Part shown: positions 51,187 through 62,568 of the stretch, one piece after another | How positions within the stretch are numbered: the stretch's first letter is position 1 | Layout of the letters: each line of letters opens with the position of its first letter | Source: Psammoneis japonica | Lineage: Eukaryota | DNA length: 64,000 bases | Assembly: GCA_008632985.1 (NCBI GenBank) | Contig: QPGO01000039.1 | Coordinates: forward strand, 434,001 to 498,000 | Reading direction: 5' to 3' | Notes under the pieces: model-generated | Told to the model about the DNA's origin: nothing | Database searches by the model: none | What the model saw: only the letters and a program-made list of their open reading frames with translations | Program-made: the position numbers and the translations under genes

Positions 51187-51565
51187 TGCACCATGCTTGA
51201 AGAACAAGTGCAAATGAAAGCAGAATGAATCACAAAAGTGAAAATTGTGAGATTAGATTTTGTTCTAAGATTTGGGTTTCTACAAAGAAGCTCTCTCAAT
51301 GGCCCAAAGCTTTCACACTGCTTCCACAGACCAAATGCCTTGCAGAGAATTAGATCATGATGACAGATTGTCTGGATGCAATCAACATTGACATCTTGTG
51401 TGTCATCATCATTGTCCAATCACACTTGCAACATTTGACATCCAATCACATCTGTGTGATTGATCTGCCCTTCATGCGCATCCACAATTGTGGTGTGATT
51501 GACACACACAACAATGTGCAATTGTGAATGTGCTCATTTCCTGCAGCTTGTCAATGCATGCTGCA
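51187..51565 (-). repeat. 5' LTR
   Basis: Same termini and internal gtgaaaattgtgagattagattttgttctaagatttggg as the other LTR. Confidence 0.9.
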
Positions 51566-52664
51566 ATCTGGATGATTGGAAAGTCGTGCTGGGATCAATC
51601 AGCAATGGTGGCCTCTCCTTGGTCCTGTTGCACTTTGAAGCCATGCTCTCTGTGAGAAAATGGCACCCCCACCTGGCCCCACACACTTTGCACCACCAGC
51701 AGCACTTGCCCATTTCCTGAAACACAAACCTGCTCAGAGGCTCAATCACAGGTGGATGGCAGGAGAGTGTTGCGTGGGTCAAGTTTTAGAGTCATTCTTG
51801 TCCCAATGGGCATGGAGCTGCAAGTTGATGTGTTGTGAAACTCATCATGTGGCACATGTGAGTTTTGCAGTTGTTTTCCAAACCAGGCCTGTGGGAAGCA
51901 TTGGCCACTTGTCTTTCTTTGTGGGTGAGCCACCGTTGCATGCTGCATTGCCTGTGTGTGCGTGTGCCCCCCTGCCACCAAGGCTGGCATTGCAGTGGCA
52001 GGGTGGTGGGGGCACAACACTGGTGACATGGATGACCATTGTGTTTGATGGCTCGTGCCATTTTTGGGGCTGCAGGGAGGTGCACAGACACTCTTTTTTG
52101 TCCAATTTGCCACCAAAATGGCACATTGCACACACTCACTTGTCACTTGACATGTTTTTTCCAATGCAACTGTTTTGTGTGCAACTCATGACAAATTCTC
52201 TTTGTGCAAAGCCCAGTGCATTTTTCAACATGCCATGCCACCAATCCCAATTTCACAGCACTTTCAAGCTCTTCTAAAAAACTTCTCCATGCACCCATCA
52301 CAGGGAATTTGGTCAATTTTTTGGCAAGTCTCCACAACGTCCAATGTCCTCAATGATCATTCTCTGAATCTGAGCAATTTGTTTGCACCAAACAACATGT
52401 GCTGTTCCAAAATCCAAGGGACACACTTTCAAATGGCAGCTGAGGACACCCCAACCAGCTGCCCGACTGCATGACCAACTGCATGACCCCCACCCCAAAG
52501 GATGTGAAAAAGTCTGCAATCACCAACCACTGAGTGGTCAATTGAGAATCAGTGTTTTTCATTGCAGTGCCCTGATGACAGCAAGATGGAACCCAACACT
52601 TGGTGTGTGCGTGAACGCACTGCAGGCATCAACACAAAATTCTGCACACAACAATGACTCTCTG

Positions 52665-55475
52665 AGCTTGATCATGGTCAGTGCTGCTGCTCAGCTCTCA
52701 ATGACAGCTTGCTTCTCATGCTCTTGCTTGGTGGCTCACTTTTGGCACTGTGGGCTGATTGTTGCTGGACAGGAAAGTGCTCAGGCAGTGCAGTGCCAAC
52801 CCCCACCAGGCTCCAACCACTGGTGAACAATGAATGCCAAGATGCTCATGATGTGACTTGACATGCCGCAGCATGCTGTTCCCTTGCAGATCCCCTTGCC
52901 ACCCTCTGTTGGAGCACAAGCACCACAACTCCTGTTGAAAACAGAAACAACAACACATCAAAATGCACTCCATCATGTCCTGTGGACTGAAAACCAAGCA
53001 ACTTCTCAACTTCTCCTGAAGCTGACAATTGATGACAGATTGACAAACTGACAAGCATTGTTGTGTAATTTGCAAACTCCTGCAAATGGTGCATGTGATT
53101 GCACATCAGAATCATGTCTGCAGTCAGTGCATTTTTGAAATCATGCTTGGTGACACTCAAGATTCTCATTCAGGGTGCAAGGGTTTTTGATCCAGTGGAC
53201 TTGTGTGATCATTCCACTGCTCAATCTGTCAAATGTCAGAGGGCAGATGTCAACATTGCAAAGCATTGTTGCCATTGTAGAAAGTGTGTTGACAGCAGCA
53301 TTGTGAAAGAGTCTCACAAAAAGCAGTCAAGCACAAAACAACAAGGCTCTTCTTGCACAAGCAGCAGCAATCATCGCTGAACTGCAGTTGACTTAGAAAC
53401 ATGCATTCATCACTTTGTCTCTGTGCATTTCTGTTTTCAAGGCAAAAGCACAAGCAATTGAGTCAACAAAGAAAACTGAATGATGATTGCCACCATCTTT
53501 GCTGTGGTTGTGGCAAGTCTTCTGTCTTGCCATGGTGTGCTGGCTTTCTTCCCCAATGGATTTGAGATGGTCACTTGTGAGTGCATTGATTCTCTTGAGA
53601 AGCTAATTGATGCTGAACTGCAATTAACTTAGACACATGCATTCATCTCCATTGCTTTGTCTCTGTGCATTTTGTCATCCAGGTAAAAGCACAAAGCAAT
53701 TGAGTCAACAAAGAAAACCAAATGACAAAGAGCATCACCTTTGCTGTGGTTGTGGCCAGCATTTTCTCTTGCCATGGCACACAGGCACACTTTCCCAAGG
53801 GATTTGAGTTTGTCACTTGCAAACACAAAGAGTCTCTCAAGAAGTCAATTGAGGCCGCCAATGGTTTCCCAAACTGCAATGATCCGTGGAACGTCCAAAA
53901 CTCCTGGCACATGATTTGCAATGCAAGAGATGCAAAAATGGAGATCAAGGCTGGAGATGCACTTGCATCACTTGAGAAGCTCAAAGAAGTGATCTTGTGG
54001 GCCAGAAGGATTGTCAACAGAGAAAATTGTCCAACAGATGACTGTGCAAGAGCCCAGCATGCTGTTGACATCAGCCAACAGGCCAGCGACATGGCCTTTG
54101 AATTGTTTGCATCATTTGACTTGTTCAAATCATTTTGCTTGCATTTGGACAAAGACATGCACTGGCTTGTAGACCAGAAGCTTCAACATGTGTTGCACAA
54201 CCAAAGGTCAGGAAATGGTGTGAACCTGTGCAGGCACTCCTGGACGTTGTCAGCATCTTGCTTGAATCCATGGGAGAAAGCACTGTCCCCCCTTGCATTG
54301 AAGTCACTGATGTGGACCATCCTAATGGATTCTGTGATGGCAATCCATTTGCTCTGAATGGCAACAACTTGGCAGATTGTCCTTGCCAACTGGGTTGTCA
54401 AGATCAATGTGGCACATGCTTGACTCCCAACATTCCCAGCATTTGTGCTTCATCAGCCTTCATGTTGATGAAAATGAACAAGAAGTGTTCCTTTCACACA
54501 GAGGCAGGGCATTGCACACATGGTCAAAATCAAGAAGGCAATGGCAATGGAATGACATTCACAATGCACCAGGATCCTTGTGGCACAAACACACTTGTGT
54601 TTTCTGGCAGTGCTCTGGGTGTGCATTCCTCAGCATGCTGCACCAACCACAAGATGTGTCAGCTGTTGCAACAGTGCTTTTTGTCAAAATGGACGGGTGT
54701 GAGTGAAGCACAAACTTGGTTGTTTCCTTTTTTGTTGAACACAGGAAATGCATTCCAGCCAAAACTGATGCATTTTGAATTGCTTTTGCTGCAGATTGCA
54801 ATCCAGAGTGTGGTGACAGTGGCGGATGCTGAATTCATGTGCAACTTGTGGATGAAGATGGTTGTCACCAAGAACTGGCCCAGGAATGGGCTCCCATTGG
54901 TACAGGGGAGCATTGCATGGGACATGTTTGGGTCATCTGTGATGGAGAAAGTTGGGCTCTCAAGGTGCATCATGTGACAGATTCACACGTTGCTCCCACA
55001 CATCCAGTTGTCAGCATGACCTGCACAGACTTGGCCAGCTTCTTTGTGGGCAACCAGGTTTTTGTTGGTGCCACTGAAAGCATGTGGACCCATGCTGACT
55101 GTCAAGACCTCAAGATGTCTCTTGCTTTCTCCCAGCAAATGGGATCACCTGTGGTGCATTCATGCCCCGGTCTTCTCTTTCCCAGCCATGGGGATTCATG
55201 ACATGTTTCATCATTCTGCAACCACCATCCACATTCAAGAATCTAAATCTCCCTGGAAGCGGGGATTCATGATGTGCAGTGTGTCATCTGCATTTGGGTG
55301 CCTTGGAATTCTTTCTTCAAAGTCAAGGATTCATCAAGGTCTGCATGTTTGGATCCTTCACTTCTCTTCCTAAGAACAAACAAATGTGACGTTGCATCTT
55401 CACTTCTGTCCATTTTAGTTCCATGATTTGGACAACATGCATGTGACGGTCAAAGTTGCACAATGCACTTCACAT
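52665..55475 (+). pseudogene. Hypermutated copy of the lectin locus (39465-42350) including upstream, intron and downstream DNA; 5' part duplicated (~53378-53614)
   Basis: Colinear homology, e.g. MTKSITFAVVVASIFSCHG vs MKTIIFAVAVASLISCHG and GNGMTFTMHQDPCG vs GDGMTFTMHQDPRG; frameshifted; stop TAA->CAA. Confidence 0.93.
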
Positions 55476-55499
55476 TGTTGGCACCTGCTCTGGAGGTGG

Positions 55500-58400
55500 C
55501 CACTCTAGCTGGGTGCTCTCTTGGTGTTAGAAATCACAAGTGTGTGGCTGTTTTGCTTGGCAGATGACTCAATGAAGGGGCACTCAATGGGCACAGCCAA
55601 AGTGACAATTGTGCCATCTCTGCAAAGAAAAATGGGCACAAAACAAACATGGAAATGGCAGTGTTTCTCCATTCTTGTTGTTTGTTCTGGTGCACCAGAG
55701 GGGGGCTTCAACATTGACAATCAATGACAATGATGATTCCTGATTCATGTGGTGCTCTTCATCCTCGTCCCAGACTCACTTCCCTGGCAACAATGCCGCT
55801 GATGGGTTGCTTGCTGCAGCAGGAGGACAGAGAGCATGCAGGCAGACATTTCCATCTGCAGTTGGGTGGGATGAATCAACAACTGAATGCCCACATCAGA
55901 CGTGCTTGAGTTGAGCAGCAAATGAGGGCAGCAGCCATGTTTGGAGTTGATCTGCACAAGACACTGCTTCTTGTGTGCCTTCAACAACTCTGGTTTGTTG
56001 CTGCTGCAACCTTCTGATCTCTCTTTTGCTGACCCACTTCTGGAGCCAACATGATTGGCATCATGTGTTGCTTGCTCTTCTGACTTGGCCTGATCAGTGA
56101 TGTGCTTTGACATCAACTGCAAGCAGCCCACATCCCTCAGAAAGCCTCAATGCCATTGCAAAAGAGGCTCCCCATGCTGCCTTCCTGTCACCACCTTGTG
56201 CAGCACACACATCATGAACAAGGCTGTTTTTGTAATTTTGCTGAAGAAGCTCCCCTCTGCCTGTGGACACTCTTCTGTGCCACTGCTGATGAACACTCCA
56301 GCAATGATGTGTTGTTGGCTGGAGTCAATGACCATGCACCCCGCTGTTCTCAGACCAGCTTGATGTCTGATTTTGTTCTGCCACTGCTTGTCAGTCAATT
56401 GTGCCTGGCAAAGGCAGCACAAGACTGCCAAGGGATGATGGTCAGAGACATCTTAGATGCTGCATCTCTGCATGTCTCCATCTGAGATCTGCTCATGTTG
56501 TTCTTGCTGTCCCTGGCTTGCAGAGTGCAGTTCTGGGTTGATTGTTGGCAGGGGCTGTTGCTGCCATGTGTGACAGGTTTTGGCCTCACTCCAGACCTCT
56601 CACACATGTTGTTGAGAGCAGGTCTTGCTGACACCCTCTGACAACATGCCATTGATTGCCACACTGACTCATCATTGTTTTGTGGTGAGCTGCACAAGCC
56701 CACATTTTTGTTTTGATCAGCAGACTTTTTTTGTTGAGTCTTGACTTTTTTTGGGATGCACAGATCAGCAGCACTGGCACCTTCTGCAAGTTGCAAGAGC
56801 AAAAGTTGAGTGCGCCTCTGCCATGACAGGGCACAAGCCTTTTGCAGTTGTTTCTAACACCCTCAGAGAGACTTTGAAAATGTTTGTCAGAACAACTCCC
56901 ATGTGCCTGAAGCCACAACATCCCTGAGCGACACCTGCAGTGACTTGGTTTGTGGACTGGTTGGAGCAATCTTCAAGAGAGCACTTTTCTCAAAAGGCAC
57001 AAGCACTCCAATGGATGGCAGCTCATCTTAACTTTCAAGACAGATGCATGGTCACAAGATCAAGGTGGACCTCAAGCCTTGCCAAACAAAAGCACTCATT
57101 TCCAATTGGTGCATCATGCATCCACTTTGCTCCTGGCATGACACACACACCAACTTGGCCAAGATCTCCAGCAACCCTCAGCATTCTCATCCAGGGTGCA
57201 AGCCTTGTGTGATCATTCCACTGTTTTGTCAACTTGCACTGGCAATGTGGAGCAGTGTGCAAAGCCGTTGATGGAAAAACAAGTGCATGTTGTCTCTCAT
57301 GCCAAAAAGCCAGTGGCACTGGTCTGGGTTGTGTGGCTGCAGCCACATTGCCTGTCATGAGGTGCTTTCCAGAAGGACAAGAGAGCACATCTTCTGGAGC
57401 TGAGGAGTGTGTGCTCTCTTTTTTGAACAGCATGCAAAGCCTTGTCAAGCTCACCACAAGAGAAAACCAAGGAAGGTTGCTGAGGAGAGAGCAACGATGT
57501 GTCTCATGAGAAACCTGGAGACTGGCTGTGTTCCGCATCTGTGCTGCATTTTTTAGATCACTTGTTTGTCATTGTTTTCATTGGGGAGCCTCCATCTGAT
57601 GCTGAAACATTGCAATCTGCCAGTTGTTGCTGCCATGAACCGCAAAGTGCTGCTGGCAAAAGATGCCACAGCCATGGCAACAATGCACTGGGCATGCAAC
57701 AGAGACCCTTGGGCCTTCTGGCTTCACATCAACCATCACACTGGGGTGGGTGATGTTGAGTCTTAAGAAGCCTGGAAGGCTTTGGATGAGAGGAAGCTTG
57801 CAATGCCAAAAAAGAAACAGCTTCTCCAAATGGTGCTTGAAAATCAAGCAGCAACCACACCGGATCTCCACACTGACTTTGGGTTGACAGCTTTTGAAGC
57901 TAGCCTGCAAGCTGCTCAATTCAAAGAAAGTGCAAAAAGGGAGTGGCCAACCTCTCTGTGAGTGGAGGAAAACCTCAGCAGACAAACATGCAGTGAGGGC
58001 AGACACAAAGAACTGTTTGTTGGAAGCAAAACAGGTGGGCCTTTCAGCAGACTTTTTGAAAGTTTCATTGTTGCTTGTTGCAAAATTCCTCCAAGATGAC
58101 ATTGGCAGGATGACGCATGCATTTGCCCATGTCCTGAAACCACCAGCTCTGTGAAATGAATCATTTGGCTTTGACTGCAGAAAATGGAAAAGTGTGAGGC
58201 AAGTGAAGCTCATTGTTGGCATCTTGATGAAGCACCAAACCCAAAATTTTGGCACTGGCTCTGTTGCATCTGGCACAAGAAATTTGCTGCTTGCTGTGGC
58301 ACTTTCCTTCAGTCTCTTCACTCCCATCTTGTTCAAGTTGCCTGGAGCTCTGGTGGCATCAGCATGAGCTCATTGTGATGCTGCTCTGTTTCACACTGAT

Positions 58401-58990
58401 GTTTGATCACAAGTGCTCATCTGAACAGCAAATTTGTTTCACGGTGCTCAGCACTGGTGTGGCCACTGTTTTGCACCAGGAGAGTTGCCCTCTCTGACAA
58501 AGCACAGGAGATAAGGAGGGCACTCCTGCTCAGTTGCTTGTGAAGAGGCTGGTTGTGCCATGCTTCAGTGGGTGTAAACCTCTTGTGCTTCCAAAGCACA
58601 AAAACAACAGGGAGTGTGCCACTGGAGAAAAACAACTGAATGTGGAAAAAAGGAGCATGGAAGGAAACTGCAAGAAGGATGACAGGCCTGCTGGCACACT
58701 CTCAACAGCATGGGGTCAGAAATTGCAGCTGTGGCAGTGATCAGCTGAAGCTGCCATTGGAACAAAAGACCTTCCCAAGTGTTTTGGATTGCCTGAAATC
58801 TTTGTTTCCAGCAAGAAATTGTTGCAAATGAATCATTCTCAAGTTCAAGTGCAGAGCCCTCAGCATTCTCACAGCTCCCAGTTGAACCATGTTGATGTGC
58901 AGCTTTTGCCACACAGGGGACACATTCTCAATTTTCTGCACTTTGCCACTCACCACTCTGTGCTCCATCTGACTGCTAATGGCTGGCAAT
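55500..58990. mobile_element. Unclassified decayed element; possible tyrosine-recombinase fragment near 56100-56180 on the minus strand
   Basis: Minus frame reads ASFAMALRLSEGCGLLAVDVK, resembling YR box I (LRxxE...L...DV); nothing else recognised. Confidence 0.3.
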
Positions 58991-59281
58991 GTGTATTTTG
59001 CCGCAGTGAATCTCGCGGCGCCTCGGATTGAAATGCGTCAATTTCGGAGGTCTCCTAAAATCGATGGACAAGTCAGTGATCTGAAAAATGCAGCGATCAA
59101 AAACATAACCTTCAATCCCGTTTCAGTCATGACAAGAGAGCTCGTTTTGTGACAACATACAGTAGTCGTAGATACGGTACGTAGAAGTGTTAAACTCTCC
59201 ATTCAAGGCAAAAGCAACACCAATCGAGGAGAAACCAACGGTGGAGATACAAGCACTCGTTAATAAAGGAGGAAGTCATTA

Positions 59282-62200
59282 CTATGGACAAGCAAAAGAG
59301 GGTGAAAAAAGACCATCCATCTGCAGCTCTCCCTTCAGTATTTTCGCCATGTTTTGAAGGAATGACTTTATTTCCTGTTTCGGCTGTTTACCTTCTCTCA
59401 AGACTCCAAACAGCATCTTTACGAAGCTCTCACATGCTTCAGGTGAAGTTTGACCAGATGTTGTGTTATCAACGATTGCATCATACAGCCACTTCTGCGC
59501 AATACAATGCGACTGAGGCGGTGGCCTAACGTATAGTAGCATCACGAGAAGGCATTCTGATAGGGCAGGAAAAAGACTTTGAGAGCCTCCAGCCAGACCA
59601 TTTACACAGGCTTTGGTAACTGACTCTCCGTGCGTCGCGTACTGCTTGTCAATGTGGTTCGATCCCGACTCGAGAGCTCGAGTGGAGCCCTGTGATAAGC
59701 GCAATTCGCGCCAGCCGAACAACTGAGACAAAAAGACCAGTATGGGGCGGCTGGGTGATACCTTGAGACCCTCCACTACGAGTGTCATAGCCTCAGCAAA
59801 GCGTCGGCTGCAGATTAACGCTTCTGGACAGTAGAGGACGAAATGATCACACATTTCGGCATAGGCCCCAATCAACTAGAGAGGATAGAAAGCGGGAAAC
59901 TGTTCCAGTAAGACTGTACCATGCTGCAAAAGAATACGACACAAACGGAGCGTACCTCGGAGTTATCTTCGAGCCTCACGTTTTGGAAGAAAGCGCAAAT
60001 GATGCTAGCTACGTGTTCGAAAAGATGTCGAAAGGACTCAATCAACTCCTGATTCTGAATGGGAGATAAAATCTCAAGAGCTCTAGAAATGTATGTCAGA
60101 GATTGAGTGTGTTGCGTTTGCTCAAACACGTGCACAACCATAGTGACGACCTTTCCAAAGTGAGGCTCAATCGTCTTTGGTACGGTTTGAAGCAGCTTGA
60201 CATGCAGATCCAACACCACACCAATCAAGTCACTACTGGCCGTGTTGTTTGCGGCATCTGTAACGCTCTCCAGAAAAGGAATGAGCGATGGTACCAATGC
60301 CGAAAGGGGATGTGTTTCTGTAGATACTTCACAAAACTTGACAATGTGCAGCAAGGAAAAGAGATTCTTGGTGAGCTCCCGACTGGCCAATTCGACCGCT
60401 ACGTGGTCAGTGCTAGCGGACATCATTGTAGTCAAGGCTTCGTGTGACTTTTGCATTATTGGTGAGACAAATTGTTCGAGCATTTGACGTTGTGTCTCTG
60501 AATTGTCAATCATGACGATAAACCGCGTAATACCTTCCGCCAGTTCCGCGAGACTCGCATTGTCTTCGGTGGGAGGTATGGTGACGAGAGATCCCATGCA
60601 ACGCCCAAGTGCATCTTGCAGACCGTTCCCATTCTGCTGTAGCTTGTTTCTACAAATGACAAGAATAGATTTTGAAGCAGTAGCGGCGGATCCAACAAGC
60701 TCGGGGTTGGCAATGGCACCTTGAGTACAATCCAATATTTGCAGCACTAGATCTGGAGTGCCGTAGGATTCCCAGACAATTGCAAAAGAACCAAGAATTT
60801 AAGCGTGGCCGTCCTAACAGCGGATGTTGCTGTTGAGCAGTTTCGTTCGCGGATAGCAAGTGCTGCACTAGTTCCAGCAACTGATGAATGGTGTTCTCCC
60901 GGTCTTTCTTCGTGGGAGCAAGGGTGGACTTGACTCGCTGGCAAACGTCTTGTGAGACTGAATTCAAGCACGTGAGAGCGGACTCACAGATAGTCCAATT
61001 TGGGTCTTGGAAGAAAGGCGTCATCAACTGCAAAAAGCTACCACGCAACAAGAAATAGCATGAAATGTACACATCCTTGACCCACATTCGAACTTGAGAA
61101 AAGTCCGACTCTTCCACTTCGACTTCGTCTTTCCAATTGGTAAATCCACCCGCGGATAAGCACACGAGGAATCAAGGTTTGAGCCACCTTCACGAATAGC
61201 GTTTGTTTCCAATCGTCGTGCCTTTCTGCAGTAGACACGTCTTGAATCGCAAGCCAAGCGTCCAACACAACAAGCAACACGGACGAGGACGGGTGGCTTT
61301 GTAAACCAAACAAGACATCCAAAACTTGCGGCGGAGCCGGCTGACTGCATATGCAATCCGCGTCTTGGGCGAAAAGTGTCGAAATCAGGCTCGCCATGGC
61401 ATGAATGCATTCGTCATTTTGCATCAATGCCGACATGGGTGTCACGAGGAAACCCTGTTGGGAAATGGCGTGAAGCATTCCCGTGACAATTTCGTTGCGA
61501 GAGGAAGTAAAGGAATCCGACAAGGTTTCTGCCGCTTCTGTCAGAGTTCTAGAGGCGCTCGCAACGACTGCTTCTTCCTTGTGAAAGGATAGAAGATCGA
61601 CCAAGAGCGCTAGAATTGTCTTTGTATTGCCGTTTTGTTGCTGGTTGGAAGTATTCAATTCCGTCAGAGAAACATGACAAGTCTCGGTCCATTTACTGTG
61701 TGAACAAAGATTAACTCAACATGAGAAAGACACATATATAGTAGCACCAAGAAGATAAACGACTAGTTTCTTTCTCACCACAAGGCAACGAGCGCTTCTG
61801 TAGTGTCTTCTGTGTTGTTGCTGAGCAAAGCACCGTGAATAATGTGCAAAACACGAGGGAGATGAGTTCTTAGTTCCTGAGTCACTTGCGCAGCGTCGGT
61901 AAAACTTGTACAAGCTTCTAGCTCAGCCGGTATGCACGATAATAGCGTCAAAAACGAACTTCCCGAAGGTACAAGTAGCAGATGTTGTAAGTCGTTGCCT
62001 CGCACCGCAACTGCCGCCAGACACGAACACAGCGGTCTGAGAAGGGAAACGTGGAGTTGGGGTTGTTGAAAAAGATTCCATAATTCATCTCGAATCGACG
62101 AAATGGGTGGAGTTGCGGTTGATGATCCAAACGGTACTTGCGTTCGGATTTTGCTCAACAGCATGGTGAGACAAAGCAGCTGTGTCCCATCGACGTTGGA

Positions 62201-62356
62201 AGCAGAAACAATCGACCTGAGCCAGTATCCAAAAGTCGTCCATGCTTCTGGTGCTGCAGTCCATTGTTCCAGAAAACCAGAAGCTTCCGATCGTTGTGCT
62301 CGAGTGCTAGAGGGATGTACCAAGGCGAGCGCAGCTTGGGCAACTCGATTGTCCAT
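59282..62356 (-). CDS. Importin-beta family karyopherin (transportin-3/importin-13-like), with introns and frameshifts
   Basis: N-terminal RSEASGFLEQWTAAPEAW, helical HEAT-like segments, EVEESDFSQVR..VKDV, W.ICESAL; GT-AG introns near 61696-61779 and 59876-59955. Confidence 0.75.
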
Positions 62357-62568
62357 GGTGAAAGGTGAAAGGCGTTTGTTATGTGGTTCGTACCGGGGAA
62401 AAAAAAATGAGTTGCATGATGGCATGTTCGTGTGTCGTGCGTGCGCAAGGGTTCGATCGGGATCAACCATGATGGTGCGGTTGTTGCTGCGGGTTGGAAA
62501 GTAAACTGAAAACAGAGAAGACCCACACGAGGAGTCATCCAGAGTCGATGTGCTCATTGACATCTTGG

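Larger units (their letters stand above)
47211..51565 (-). mobile_element. Decayed, internally deleted Ty3/gypsy LTR retrotransposon with both LTRs and 4-bp TSD
   Basis: LTRs 47211-47582 and 51187-51565 (TG...CA), ATCT on both flanks, PPT (agggaggtgag on minus) next to the left LTR. Gag-protease-RT (GKCEHCRLP), RNaseH end (KGKANIITDAISQL) and integrase (WCHAHLLHPG, PWERLHVDLIG, CDCGSKFIG) lie in gypsy order. Confidence 0.92.
42500..58990. other. Hypermutated block 3 (TpA- and CpG-depleted): nested retroelement relics and decayed lectin-locus copy
   Basis: Near absence of TA and CG over ~16 kb; Tyr-free, Cys/His-rich ORFs. Confidence 0.92.

Noticed and set aside
1080..58990. Alternative genetic code or foreign/contaminant DNA explaining Tyr-free ORFs
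   Set aside because: The bias also affects LTRs, an intron and flanks, and the decayed lectin locus is colinear with a normal locus in the same window.
42500..58990. Classical fungal RIP or CpG deamination alone
   Set aside because: Both are C->T processes and cannot turn TA into TG/CA; RIP would increase TA.
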